NCBI GenBank assembly: GCA_041691695.1
Contig: JBEPUG010000002.1
Span: forward strand, 11,100 to 75,099
DNA from: Flavobacteriales bacterium
GTDB lineage: Bacteria; Bacteroidota; Bacteroidia; Flavobacteriales_F; PHOS-HE28
Reading direction: 5' to 3'
DNA: 64,000 nt
Shown here: positions 1 through 9,077 of the stretch, in pieces
How the letters are laid out: every line of letters begins with the position of its first letter
Position numbering within the stretch: position 1 is the stretch's first letter
Translations under genes and position numbers: made by a program
Notes under the pieces: model-generated
The model's input: only the letters and a program-made list of their open reading frames with translations
The model's database searches: none
What the model was told of the DNA's origin: nothing

Positions 1-632
1 TGATGATAGCCCGCTCGATACAACCGCTTTGAGAACGGACGGAGGTAGAGCCGCGACGTTTCGGCGACCGTGAGCCTGTACTTCTTCGGAAACAACAGCC
101 GCGCCAAGGGGTGATATAGATAGTGGCGTAGCGGAAACAACAGCGGTGCTCGGCGGTGTCCGCGAAAACCCAGATAGAGCAGGTCCCAATCCGTCGGCAA
201 CTCAGCGATCACCTCGGCCAGCCCGGTGAAATTCTCCGGAATGGGACGTGCATCGTCCTCCAGCACCACGGCGCTCGGCCATTTGTGATCAACGATGTGC
301 GCATAGACGCGTTGATGGGAGATGGAGCATCCAATGTTCGAGGGATGCATCCTGCGTGAAATGGTCTTGTGGTGAAGGGCGCCCTGCTCATCATAGGCGG
401 CCGCCAACTGCGCTGCGGAAAGGTCCGCGCCCATGGTGGCATCGAAAAAGGAGAAGTCGACGCCCAGTCTGTCGAGTGCTGTTTTGATCGTGCGCTTGCG
501 TTCGTGGTCCCCGGCCCTGCTGATCACAAGGACGGGGCCCAAGCGTGCGAAGAAGCTGGCGGTCGCGGGATCGACGGGGTTTTCCATGCGGGATGCGAGC
601 TGCACGAGCTGTGTTGCCAAATGTAACGGCAT
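1..632 (-). CDS. Glycosyltransferase family 25-like protein, partial (C-terminus lies beyond the left window edge)
   Basis: Absent from the ORF track because it has no stop inside the window. My translation of the minus strand from ATG 632-630 gives MPLHLATQLVQLASRMENPVDPATASFFARLGPVLVISRAGDHERKRTIKTALDRLGVDFSFFDA...IGCSISHQRVYAHIVDHKWPSAVVLEDDARPIPENF, open to position 1. The pattern recalls GT25 LPS glycosyltransferases. Alternative ATG at 587. Confidence 0.65.
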   Translation of the reverse strand, partial: MPLHLATQLVQLASRMENPVDPATASFFARLGPVLVISRAGDHERKRTIKTALDRLGVDFSFFDATMGADLSAAQLAAAYDEQGALHHKTISRRMHPSNIGCSISHQRVYAHIVDHKWPSAVVLEDDARPIPENFTGLAEVIAELPTDWDLLYLGFRGHRRAPLLFPLRHYLYHPLARLLFPKKYRLTVAETSRLYLRPFSKRLYRAGYH

Positions 633-678
633 CGCTAAGGGTGCCATTCCGTATCACTTGGCGCGCACGGCTGGTTTT

Positions 679-703
679 TGAAGGAACCATGGATCCACAC
701 GGA
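679..703 (+). repeat. 25-nt repeat TGAAGGAACCATGGATCCACACGGA (second copy 3175-3199, 2 mismatches)
   Basis: Read directly. Both copies are intergenic. Confidence 0.8.
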
Positions 704-823
704 CCGTGCTTCGCCAAAGCGCTTCGCGACGGCGCGTGGACACAGATCAAAGGGCGTTGGTCAACCGCTAGCACGCGCGACACGCGAGCGCGAGCGATGG
801 GCCTCAAAGCGGCCAGATCCCGT

Positions 824-844
824 AGTCCGATAGGTATCGGACCT
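824..844. repeat. 21-nt palindromic motif AGTCCGATAGGTATCGGACCT (second copy 27063-27083, 1 mismatch)
   Basis: Core TCCGATA-nn-TATCGGA. The copy at 27065-27080 is a perfect 16-nt palindrome. Confidence 0.8.
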
Positions 845-962
845 GTGATCCTTCAAGAATTTCGACCTGTCGGCATCCGTATGGTCCACGACCATTCCCG
901 TCAACCGCATGAATAGCGAAGGCAGGACCGGCTACTTTTGCGCCCATTCCCACGGAACCATC

Positions 963-2267
963 ATGCAGCCCACACAAGCTATCACCTCCACCCTGACGCG
1001 CGACGCGGCGATATTCGACATCATCGAGCAGGAGAAGTGGCGGCAGACGAAGGGACTGGAGATGATCGCCAGCGAGAACTACGTGAGCGCTCAAGTGATG
1101 GAGGCCATGGGTTCGGTGCTCACCAACAAATACGCCGAGGGCCTACCCGGCAAGCGCTACTACGGCGGTTGCGAATACGTGGACATGGCGGAGAACCTCG
1201 CCATCGACCGAGTGAAGAAGCTCTTCGGAGCGGCCTGGGCGAATGTGCAGCCCCATAGCGGTGCGCAGGCCAACGCCGCGGTGATGCTCGGCTGCCTCAA
1301 GCCTGGCGACACCATCCTCGGCTTCAACCTCAGCCATGGTGGCCATCTCACCCACGGCTCGCCGGTGAACTTCAGTGGCAAACTCTACCGCGCGACCTTC
1401 TACGGCGTGGACCAAAAGACCGGTCGCGTGGACATGGACACCGTGGCGGAGACCGCGCGCAAGGAGAAACCCAAACTCATCATCTGCGGGGCCAGTGCCT
1501 ACAGCCGCGACTGGGAATACGCGCGCTTCCGGGCCATCGCTGACGAGGTTGGAGCGTTGCTGATGGCCGACGTCGCGCATCCCGCCGGGCTCATCGCCGC
1601 CAAGCTGCTCAGCGATCCGATGCCGCACTGCCACATCGTGACCACCACTACGCACAAGACCTTGCGTGGCCCCCGTGGCGGCTTGATCATGATGGGCCAG
1701 GACTTCGAGAATCCGTGGGGCCTGAAGACGCCAAAGGGAGCGACGAAGATGATGAGCGCTGTGCTGGACGGCGCCGTTTTCCCCGGCACGCAGGGCGGTC
1801 CGCTCGAGCATGTGATCGCCGCGAAGGCCGTGTCCTTCGGCGAGGCGTTGGATCCATCGTTCAAGGTGTATGGCGAACAGGTGCGGGCGAATGCCGCCGC
1901 CATGGCCGACGCACTTATGGAGAAAGGCTATGACGTGGTGAGCGGCGGAACGGACAACCATTGCATGCTGATCGATATGCGCAGCAAGAACCTCACCGGT
2001 AAAGAGGCGGAACGCATCCTCGGATCGGCGGACATCACGGTGAACAAGAACATGGTGCCCTTCGACACGCAAAGCCCCTTCGTCACCAGCGGCATCCGCA
2101 TCGGCACACCGGCGGTCACTACACGCGGGCTCAAGGAATCGGAATGCATTCAGATCGTGGAACTGATGGATTCGGCGTTCCGCGAACGAGAGGATCCCCG
2201 ACAGATCGATCGCATCCGTTTCCAAGTGAACGGGATGATGCGACTGAAACCACTTTTCGGCTGGTGA
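963..2267 (+). CDS. glyA: Serine hydroxymethyltransferase
   Basis: ORF 909..2267 trimmed to the internal ATG (MQPTQAITS...). Full-length SHMT with the PLP-lysine motif [13 protein letters not shown]. Confidence 0.95.
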   Translation: MQPTQAITSTLTRDAAIFDIIEQEKWRQTKGLEMIASENYVSAQVMEAMGSVLTNKYAEGLPGKRYYGGCEYVDMAENLAIDRVKKLFGAAWANVQPHSGAQANAAVMLGCLKPGDTILGFNLSHGGHLTHGSPVNFSGKLYRATFYGVDQKTGRVDMDTVAETARKEKPKLIICGASAYSRDWEYARFRAIADEVGALLMADVAHPAGLIAAKLLSDPMPHCHIVTTTTHKTLRGPRGGLIMMGQDFENPWGLKTPKGATKMMSAVLDGAVFPGTQGGPLEHVIAAKAVSFGEALDPSFKVYGEQVRANAAAMADALMEKGYDVVSGGTDNHCMLIDMRSKNLTGKEAERILGSADITVNKNMVPFDTQSPFVTSGIRIGTPAVTTRGLKESECIQIVELMDSAFREREDPRQIDRIRFQVNGMMRLKPLFGW

Positions 2268-2286
2268 TCGATCAGACGATCAGAAA

Positions 2287-3150
2287 ATGAAATGCGCCCT
2301 CAGGTTCCATCAAGGTCTCGCGAAGCGGACCTTGATGACTTCCTGCCTTCTGACCCTTACGCTTTTCGCTACTGCGCAGACCGAGCAGCCTGTGCAGAAA
2401 GCACCACACCTCAAGCACCGTGTCTTCGCCTACTGGGGATACAACCGCGCGCAATTCACCACCAGCAGTATCCATTTCACCGGAACGAACTACGACTTCA
2501 TTCTGCACGACCTGGTGGCCAAGGACAAGCCCGAGCCGTTCACGTTGGACAATTACTTCAACCCGAAGTATATCTGGATCCCGCAGTACGACTACCGCGT
2601 GGGCTGGTTCCTCAACGATAAGTGGAGCTTCTCCTTGGGGCTTGACCACATGAAGTACGTGATGGTGCACAACCAGACCGTGCAACTCACGGGCTACATC
2701 AGCAAGGACCGCTCTCCCACTTACGCCACCTCGGGCGAGACCGACCAGGTGACCGTAACACCGGACTTTCTCACCTACGAGCACACGGACGGCCTGAACC
2801 TGCTGGCGTTGGATGCCGACCACTACGACCGCATGCTCACCAGCACCAATGGCAAGCAGGCGCTATACGTGGTAGAGGGCCTATTCGCCGGACCGGTGAT
2901 CCCACGTACCGATGTGCGGCTTTTCGGCGAGGGCATCAACAACAACTTCCATCTCGCGGGCTACGGGGCCGGTGCGCAGTTGGGGCTGTTCGCCGTGTTC
3001 TGCGACCGCATGTTCGTGCGGGCCAACGTGCGCGCGGGCTATATCGAGCTGCCCAGTGTGCTCACCACCGGCCAGTCAACAGATCGCGCCAGCCAGCACT
3101 TCTGGTTCGTGGAGGAAAATGCGATGCTGGGTGTGCTGATCGGGAAGTAG
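2287..3150 (+). CDS. Putative outer-membrane beta-barrel protein, unknown function
   Basis: 287-aa ORF with a signal-like N-terminus (...MTSCLLTLTLFATAQ) and aromatic/polar alternating segments. No family recognised. Start may be ATG 2335. Confidence 0.6.
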   Translation: MKCALRFHQGLAKRTLMTSCLLTLTLFATAQTEQPVQKAPHLKHRVFAYWGYNRAQFTTSSIHFTGTNYDFILHDLVAKDKPEPFTLDNYFNPKYIWIPQYDYRVGWFLNDKWSFSLGLDHMKYVMVHNQTVQLTGYISKDRSPTYATSGETDQVTVTPDFLTYEHTDGLNLLALDADHYDRMLTSTNGKQALYVVEGLFAGPVIPRTDVRLFGEGINNNFHLAGYGAGAQLGLFAVFCDRMFVRANVRAGYIELPSVLTTGQSTDRASQHFWFVEENAMLGVLIGK

Positions 3151-3174
3151 CTCCGGCGCTGCTCACGGGGTGTA

Positions 3175-3350
3175 TGAAGGAACCACGGATCAACACGGAT
3201 AACCACGGATCGTCAAGAGCGAGGGCACCTCTAGCCGAATTGACCCGTGTTCATCCCTGTCCATCCGTCTCCATCCGTGGTTGAATGAACCGCCCGAAGG
3301 GCACACCAACCCGCATTGATCGGTGTTCATCCGTCTGAATCCGTGGTCTC
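3175..3350. repeat. Decamer word-array region (AACCACGGAT x3, then reverse-complement ATCCGTGGTT-like x3, then a partial duplicate)
   Basis: 3181-3210 aaccacggat|caacacggat|aaccacggat. 3253-3282 atccctgtcc|atccgtctcc|atccgtggtt (23/30 complementary to the left array). GTGTTCATCC...ATCCGTGG is repeated at 3246 and 3323. Confidence 0.85.
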
Positions 3351-3408
3351 CTACCCGCCCGCAGGGCGCACCAGCCACCATCAACGCCGCGATCACCACC
3401 TTTGCGGC

Positions 3409-4698
3409 ATGAATTCAATGCAGATCCCCGCTAATTCCCCGAAGCTCACCTCGTGGATCGATGCGCCCCAAGGCAGCGACTTTCCCATCCAGAACATTCC
3501 CTTCGGCATCTTCAGCGCCAACGGCCGTAGCAAGCGCCCCTGCACCCGCATCGGTGACACGGTGATCGACCTGCAGGTATTTGCTGAAGCTGAATTGCTC
3601 AACGATCTCGGCATCGACCGCACCGCGTTCAACGCCTCCAGCCTTAATCCGTTGATGGCTTACGGCAAGGCCGGCACACGTCGACTCCGTCAGCATTTGA
3701 GTGAGTTGTTCAACGCGGACAACGACATGCTGCGCGAGCGGACCAACACGGTGAAGGAAGCCTTGTTGCCCATTGCCGACGTGACGATGCACCTGCCCGT
3801 GGAAGTGGGCGACTACACGGATTTCTACAGCAGCCGCGAGCATGCCTTCAATGTGGGCACCATGTTCCGCGGACCGGAAAATGCGTTGATGCCGAATTGG
3901 CTGCACCTGCCTGTTGGTTACCACGGGCGCTCCTCCTCCATCGTGCCCAGCGGCACCGCCTTCCATAGGCCCATGGGCCAGATGCGTCCCGATCCGCAGG
4001 CCCCGCCGGTCTTCGGCGCCAGCAAGCAGCTCGACCTCGAACTGGAGACCGCCTTCATCACCTACGCTGGAAAACCCCTCGGTGAGCGTATCGATGTGAA
4101 CGAAGCCGAGAACATGATCTTTGGAATGGTGCTCTTCAACGATTGGAGTGCACGCGACATCCAGAGCTGGGAGTATGTGCCGCTCGGGCCCTTCCTTGGA
4201 AAGAACTTCTGTAGCAGCATGAGCCCGTGGGTGGTGACCTTGGATGCGTTGGAACCCTTCCGTGTCGCTGCGCCCATGCAGGATCCGGAGCCCCTTCCCT
4301 ACTTGCGCGTTCCTGGTGAGCATGCCTTCGACATCGCGCTGGAAGCCTCCATCACACCGAAGAACGGCGAGGAGACCATCATCTGCCGCACCAACTTCAA
4401 ATACCTCTATTGGTCCATGGCACAGCAGCTCGCGCACCACAGCGTGAACGGTTGCAACATCCGCGCAGGCGATCTGATGGGTAGTGGAACCATCAGCGGA
4501 CCAACACCGGACAGCTACGGCAGCATGCTCGAACTCACCTGGCGCGGCACTAAACCCTTGACCTTAGCGGACGGCAGCGAACGCAAATTCCTCAACGACG
4601 GTGATACGTTGACCATTCGCGGTCACGCAGAAAAGGATGGCGTGCGCGTCGGCTTCGGCAAAGTGAGCGGCGAAGTGTTGCCTGCGAGAGAGAAGTGA
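3409..4698 (+). CDS. fahA: Fumarylacetoacetase
   Basis: ORF 3316..4698 trimmed to ATG 3409 (MNSMQIPANSPKLTSWIDAP...). Typical FAH segments: FPIQNIPFGIF, DYTDFYSSREHA, VPLGPFLGKNF. Confidence 0.9.
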   Translation: MNSMQIPANSPKLTSWIDAPQGSDFPIQNIPFGIFSANGRSKRPCTRIGDTVIDLQVFAEAELLNDLGIDRTAFNASSLNPLMAYGKAGTRRLRQHLSELFNADNDMLRERTNTVKEALLPIADVTMHLPVEVGDYTDFYSSREHAFNVGTMFRGPENALMPNWLHLPVGYHGRSSSIVPSGTAFHRPMGQMRPDPQAPPVFGASKQLDLELETAFITYAGKPLGERIDVNEAENMIFGMVLFNDWSARDIQSWEYVPLGPFLGKNFCSSMSPWVVTLDALEPFRVAAPMQDPEPLPYLRVPGEHAFDIALEASITPKNGEETIICRTNFKYLYWSMAQQLAHHSVNGCNIRAGDLMGSGTISGPTPDSYGSMLELTWRGTKPLTLADGSERKFLNDGDTLTIRGHAEKDGVRVGFGKVSGEVLPAREK

Positions 4699-4775
4699 TG
4701 GTGAGGTAAGGGAGGTAAGGGAAGTGATGAAGGTGAGGTAAGTCACTGCAGACTGCCGCTGCCAACTGCCACTGG
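4695..4775. repeat. Low-complexity word arrays (GGTGAGGTAAG / GGAGGTAAGG, then CTGCC x3)
   Basis: Fills the whole spacer between convergent fahA and the racemase-family gene. Confidence 0.7.
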
Positions 4776-5846
4776 CTACCTGACCACTTTCTCGATATAC
4801 GTGGAGTTCATCACGCTGAGCAGGCCCATATAGGTCATGCCGAAGGTGATCAGGTCTCCGACCTTGTATCCGGGAGCGTTCGCGTCGAGGTCCAGGACAA
4901 GCATGTCCGAACTGGCTTCTATGATGGTGACGCCCTCGTTGAGCGGGAACAGGTGACGCGGATCGGCGTCGAGCAAGCCGATGTCGAGTATCGCGCGGTG
5001 GGCGGTACGACCGATATCGCGCTCTTCGAACTCCGGGATCGCACCTGCCACGTTGGTGCTTTGCACGCCGTTCGGGATCATGGGTTTTTCATAGAGCTCT
5101 ATCACTTCAGCGTGAAGACGGAAAACATCATCGCGCATGCCCTTGATCACGCCATTGGTGAACAGGTCCTTTCCAAAGTAGAGCGCCTCGCCCACCCTAA
5201 AATGGTTCATGCCCTTGGGCAAAAGTTTTTGCAGCAGCAGGGGGATGGTGACCGTTGTACCACCGGAGACCCACGGGATATTCTTGTTGAAACGGGCCTC
5301 GATGAGTTGCTTGTACAGACACAGCTGGATGAACTTGTCCTGTGTGGGCATGATGCCGTTGAGGCAGTTCAGGTTCGTACCCAATCCAACGATCGTCAAA
5401 TTCGGCAACTCGAAGACCTGCGCATAGAAGTCAAGGAGCGAATCGCCGAGGACACCTTCACGCAGATCGCCCATCTCCACCATGATGATCGCCTTATGTG
5501 TACGCTCCTGCTTCACGGCTTCAGCACTGAGCATGCGCAAGGTGCTGAGGTCCGAGTTGAAACTCACATCGGCGTAGCGTACCACGTTGGCGATGCTACG
5601 CTTAGCGGGCGGCTTGATGTAGACCGTTTGGCATCCGGGAGCCAATCGCTTGATCGTCCTCAGGTTGCTGATGCGCGTATCATGGAATTCCATTTCGCCC
5701 AAGGCGATCACCTCCTTCAGATAGGTCTCGTTGCCGCAGAATACTTTCGTCACGATGCCCCATTCTATTCCAGCGTCGGCGAAGGTCCTGTGGAGGAAGG
5801 CGTGGTTGTGTTGCAACCGGTCGCGATAGAGTTCGATGAAGGCCAT
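4776..5846 (-). CDS. Alanine/ornithine racemase family PLP enzyme (Orr/YhfX-like)
   Basis: 356 aa. The fold-type III PLP-lysine segment GIVTKVFCGN closely recalls ornithine racemase. Last gene of a tightly packed 4-gene minus-strand operon. Confidence 0.8.
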   Translation of the reverse strand: MAFIELYRDRLQHNHAFLHRTFADAGIEWGIVTKVFCGNETYLKEVIALGEMEFHDTRISNLRTIKRLAPGCQTVYIKPPAKRSIANVVRYADVSFNSDLSTLRMLSAEAVKQERTHKAIIMVEMGDLREGVLGDSLLDFYAQVFELPNLTIVGLGTNLNCLNGIMPTQDKFIQLCLYKQLIEARFNKNIPWVSGGTTVTIPLLLQKLLPKGMNHFRVGEALYFGKDLFTNGVIKGMRDDVFRLHAEVIELYEKPMIPNGVQSTNVAGAIPEFEERDIGRTAHRAILDIGLLDADPRHLFPLNEGVTIIEASSDMLVLDLDANAPGYKVGDLITFGMTYMGLLSVMNSTYIEKVVR

Positions 5847-5849
5847 AGG

Positions 5850-7007
5850 TCAAGGATGATCTTGCACGACCTTTCTAGGGATGTCGTGCGGGAGTCGCGT
5901 CAGCAGCTCGTAATTCAATTGGTCGCTGAGGTCGCCGAAGGAAGCCACGCTGATACTGCGCTCCCCTTGCGTGCCGATCAACACGGCCTCATCGCCCTTC
6001 TCCACACCTTCGATGCCCGTGATGTCGACGGTGATGCAGTTCATGTTCACGATGCCGCGCACAGGCGCCTTTTGTCCGCGGATCAGTACATGCCCGCTGT
6101 TGCTTAAGCTGCGCGCATAACCGAAGGCATAACCGACGGGAACGGTGGCGATGCGCCGCTCCCCCTCGGCCTCGAAGGCGTTGCCGTAGCCCACATGTTC
6201 GCCGGGCGGCACGGTGCCGATCGACATCACGCGACTCCACCAGCGGATCACACGTTGTAGCGGATCGCTCTCCAGTCCATGGGCCTTACGGTAGCGTTCC
6301 TCCGTTTCCTTGTTCGGCCAGAAGCCGTACTGCAGGATCCCCACGCGTGCCATGTCGAAGAGGATGTCCGGTTCGTTCAGCACACCGGCCGAACACGCCA
6401 CATGCCGCAGCCCGACATCGGTTCCGCTGCGTTCGGCGATGGCCAAGGCTTGGCGGTAGCGCGTCTTCTGCGCAGCGATCCGCTCCGCGTTCGAGCGATT
6501 TTCCGCCCCGGCGAGATGTGTGCAGATGCCGATGATCTCCAGCGCGTCCGCGTTCGTCTTGCAGTGCTCCAACACACTCGGAAGTAGGTCCAACGTGAAT
6601 CCGGTGCGGTGCATGCCCGTCTCGATCTCCAGATGAATGCGCGCCTTCTTCTTCAGTGAATGTGCTGCCCGGATCGCGTGGTCCAAGCGTTCCCGCTCGA
6701 AGACGTTGAATGCGATGCCCTGCTCCACGGCCCATTCCAGCGAAGGGCCGTCCACATCGCCCATGATGTAGATGTTCGCTCCGGCCTCGACATGTTCGAG
6801 CAGGTTCACAGCCTCCGATGCCGAATACACGGCGAAGCGTTTCACGCCGAGCTCCTGTGCCAAGGGTGCGAAAGCACCTATACCGTGGCCGTAGGCATTG
6901 CCTTTCACAACGCTGCACAGTTGCGTCTTGCCCAGAGCCCCATGAATAAAATCCAAGTTGGCACGCAACGCCGCTGCGCTGATCTCGATCGTGGAGCCGT
7001 TGAACAT
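5850..7007 (-). CDS. alr: Alanine racemase
   Basis: Track ORF 5850..7010 starts at TTG. ATG at 7007 overlaps the upstream stop (TGATG). PLP-lysine motif VVKGNAYGHG; full length. Confidence 0.9.
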   Translation of the reverse strand: MFNGSTIEISAAALRANLDFIHGALGKTQLCSVVKGNAYGHGIGAFAPLAQELGVKRFAVYSASEAVNLLEHVEAGANIYIMGDVDGPSLEWAVEQGIAFNVFERERLDHAIRAAHSLKKKARIHLEIETGMHRTGFTLDLLPSVLEHCKTNADALEIIGICTHLAGAENRSNAERIAAQKTRYRQALAIAERSGTDVGLRHVACSAGVLNEPDILFDMARVGILQYGFWPNKETEERYRKAHGLESDPLQRVIRWWSRVMSIGTVPPGEHVGYGNAFEAEGERRIATVPVGYAFGYARSLSNSGHVLIRGQKAPVRGIVNMNCITVDITGIEGVEKGDEAVLIGTQGERSISVASFGDLSDQLNYELLTRLPHDIPRKVVQDHP

Positions 7008-8146
7008 CAATCCTTCAGGAACGAACGCACTGCGGTGTCGAACAGTTCAACCCCATGTGGGATCAACTCATCCGGGAAGTCGTAGTCCGGGTTGTGCAGC
7101 GCGGGCATGTCCTCGCCGGAACCCAGACCGAACATGCAGCCCTTGTACTTCGCGGTGAAGAGTCCGAAGTCCTCGCCCCACTTGAAGGGATGGTCGCGGG
7201 AGATCAGCTTATGGCCGGTGGAGCGCACCGCGTCCGCCACGAGTTCCGCGGCGGCATCATCGTTCTGGTTGGCCTTGAAGGTGAAGCAATAGCGGATCTT
7301 CACGCCGAGGTCATGCTTCTTTGCCAGCTTCCGCGAAAGATCTTCGACGTCCTGCTGCAATTTCTCCAATTCCACATCGGTCCAGCAGCGCACGGTGAGG
7401 TGTACTTCGGCATTACCGGCGGAGATGCCATAGTCCTCGCTGCCAAGGTTCACGTGCACCACCGTTACCACGCGAAGTCCGTCCTCGGTGGGCACGTTAT
7501 GTTGAAGTGCCAGCGCGCCGGTAAGCAATTCGGCCACGGCCAGCGCGGGGTTCGTTCCGTTCTCCGGTTCCGCTGCATGCGAGCTGCGTCCTTCAAAGGC
7601 GATCACCATGCTGTTCACGCTTGCCGTAAAAGCGCCCTTGCGCACCACCGCTCCACCAAGCGGATAGCCCGGCAGATTATGCAATGCTAACACGAGATCG
7701 AAGCGGCGGTCCTTCATGCGCGGGTCCTTCAGCACCGCTGCGGCACCCGCGCCATTTTCTTCCGCAGGTTGGTAGAGCAGATGAACACGGCCCTTCGTCG
7801 GTCGATCGCCAGAAAGCCTTTCCGCCAGCCCGGTCAGGATGGCCATATGCCCATCATGCCCGCACTTGTGCGAAACACCTTTACTCGTGGAGCGATGACC
7901 GAAGTCGTTCACCTCTTGGATCGGCAAGGCGTCGAGCTCGCAGCGCACCATCACTTGCGGTCCCGTCTCATCGGTGCCGAACGTCGCAAGGATGCCCGTG
8001 CCGCCCACTTCCGTCAATAGCTCGTCCGGCTTCAATTCATGCAATACGGTCAGCACACGCTTGGCGGTCTGCTTCTCTTCGCCGGAGATCTCCGGGTGCG
8101 CGTGCAGGTCGCGCCGGAACGCTTTCAGGTCGATCGTTCCGCTCAT
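7007..8146 (-). CDS. M20 family amidohydrolase (N-acyl-amino-acid amidohydrolase / hippuricase type)
   Basis: 379 aa. LHAHPEISGEE and HKCGHDGH metal-site segments typical of M20D amidohydrolases. ATGA overlap with the upstream GNAT stop. Confidence 0.85.
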   Translation of the reverse strand: MSGTIDLKAFRRDLHAHPEISGEEKQTAKRVLTVLHELKPDELLTEVGGTGILATFGTDETGPQVMVRCELDALPIQEVNDFGHRSTSKGVSHKCGHDGHMAILTGLAERLSGDRPTKGRVHLLYQPAEENGAGAAAVLKDPRMKDRRFDLVLALHNLPGYPLGGAVVRKGAFTASVNSMVIAFEGRSSHAAEPENGTNPALAVAELLTGALALQHNVPTEDGLRVVTVVHVNLGSEDYGISAGNAEVHLTVRCWTDVELEKLQQDVEDLSRKLAKKHDLGVKIRYCFTFKANQNDDAAAELVADAVRSTGHKLISRDHPFKWGEDFGLFTAKYKGCMFGLGSGEDMPALHNPDYDFPDELIPHGVELFDTAVRSFLKD

Positions 8147-8595
8147 TGTTGAAGACGCATTTCGAGATACGTATTGGTGAAGCCGAGCGATTCGTAAAGA
8201 TGCTTCGCGGGATTGTCCGGCTCCACGTGCAGCGCGATGCCGCCTGTTGCGTTGGCTATGGCCTCCTGCATCAGCTTGCGGCCGATGCCCTTGCCGCGCA
8301 TGGAACCGTCCACGGCGATGTAGACCAGAATGTTCTTTGGGATGTAGCCGCCCATCTTCGTGTCATTCACCACCACGGCACCGATGATCTTTCCGTCCTC
8401 GCGGCCTACGACAATGAAGCCGCCGCGCGCGGGATCGAGCGCGTAATCCATGGCCATGCGGATGTGCTCCTCGGGATCGCCGAAGCGTTCGAGGTGTTTG
8501 ACGAGGAATCCGGAAATGTCCTTGCGCACGGCGTCATCGGCGGTTTTCTCCGGTGTGTAGATCTCAGTGTTCATCGCAAATGGTTTAGTGAGCAT
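8143..8595 (-). CDS. GNAT family N-acetyltransferase
   Basis: 150 aa. Acetyl-CoA pocket-like segment RGKGIGRKLMQEAI. First gene of the operon. Confidence 0.85.
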   Translation of the reverse strand: MLTKPFAMNTEIYTPEKTADDAVRKDISGFLVKHLERFGDPEEHIRMAMDYALDPARGGFIVVGREDGKIIGAVVVNDTKMGGYIPKNILVYIAVDGSMRGKGIGRKLMQEAIANATGGIALHVEPDNPAKHLYESLGFTNTYLEMRLQQ

Positions 8596-8866
8596 AATGG
8601 CCCATGTTCTTCTTCATGAATTCAACACCGATCGCCGCCAGGAAGATCATGCAGACGATTAGGATAGTGGCGTCGATCCAATTCAAAAGCGCGGCAGGGG
8701 CTTTAAGGCGTGAAAGGAACCAAAGGCCCGACCACAGCCAGGCGACCGCCAGATCAGGCCGTCATTCCATGAATTGCGGCACGAAGGTACCGATTTCTGC
8801 TGGTCCAGATTGGGAGTTTGCTACCTGAACTCTCGGCGATGCCCGCCGTTGCTGGTGTATTTGCTT

Positions 8867-8902
8867 GACCCAGTTGTCAGTTCTCCGTTGTCCGTTGTCA
8901 GG
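8867..8902 (+). repeat. 36-nt repeat GACCCAGTTGTCAGTTCTCCGTTGTCCGTTGTCAGG (related copy 27051-27101; inverted partner 9078-9110)
   Basis: Read directly. GTTGTC word repeated 3-4 times. Confidence 0.85.
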
Positions 8903-9077
8903 ACTGACGCAACTTCTTTCTGGATTGGCCAGCTCTGTGTCGGCCATCTCTTGAGAATTTCCGATGCACAGATGACGCTGCGGGAAACACGCGATCGCCG
9001 TTCACACGCAGACTGGTATTTCGATGCAGCCTGCATGGTCTGATGAGCAAGCGCAACGCTCAGTTAGCCGGGTCGCA

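Noticed and set aside
633-962. Considered a possible riboswitch (ZTP, THF or glycine type) in the 330-bp region upstream of glyA.
   Set aside because: I could not recognise any of the conserved cores by eye. The region instead contains copies of the window's repeat families. A cmscan would be decisive.
1143-2225. Considered long antisense or out-of-frame ORFs in the track. Examples: 1143..2225, 3415..4440, 4953..6107, 7684..8619, 9043..9972, 14274..15482, 28075..29370, 29025..30371, 34308..35519, 35573..36409, 38516..39589, 50168..51415 and 55994..57514.
   Set aside because: Each lies opposite or out of frame to a gene with clear family motifs. Their translations are Arg/His/Gly/Ala-rich, typical of stop-poor shadow frames in GC-rich DNA.
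8585-8752. Considered a small membrane-protein-like frame upstream of the GNAT gene (…LAVAWLWSGLWFLSRLKAPAALLNWIDATILIVCMIFLAAIGVEFMKKNMGHYAH*, minus strand, overlapping the GNAT start by 11 nt).
   Set aside because: No ATG or GTG start after the upstream stop, only CTG (55 aa) or TTG (33 aa). I cannot support it without conservation or Ribo-seq data. The plus-strand track ORF 8604..8828 looks non-coding.
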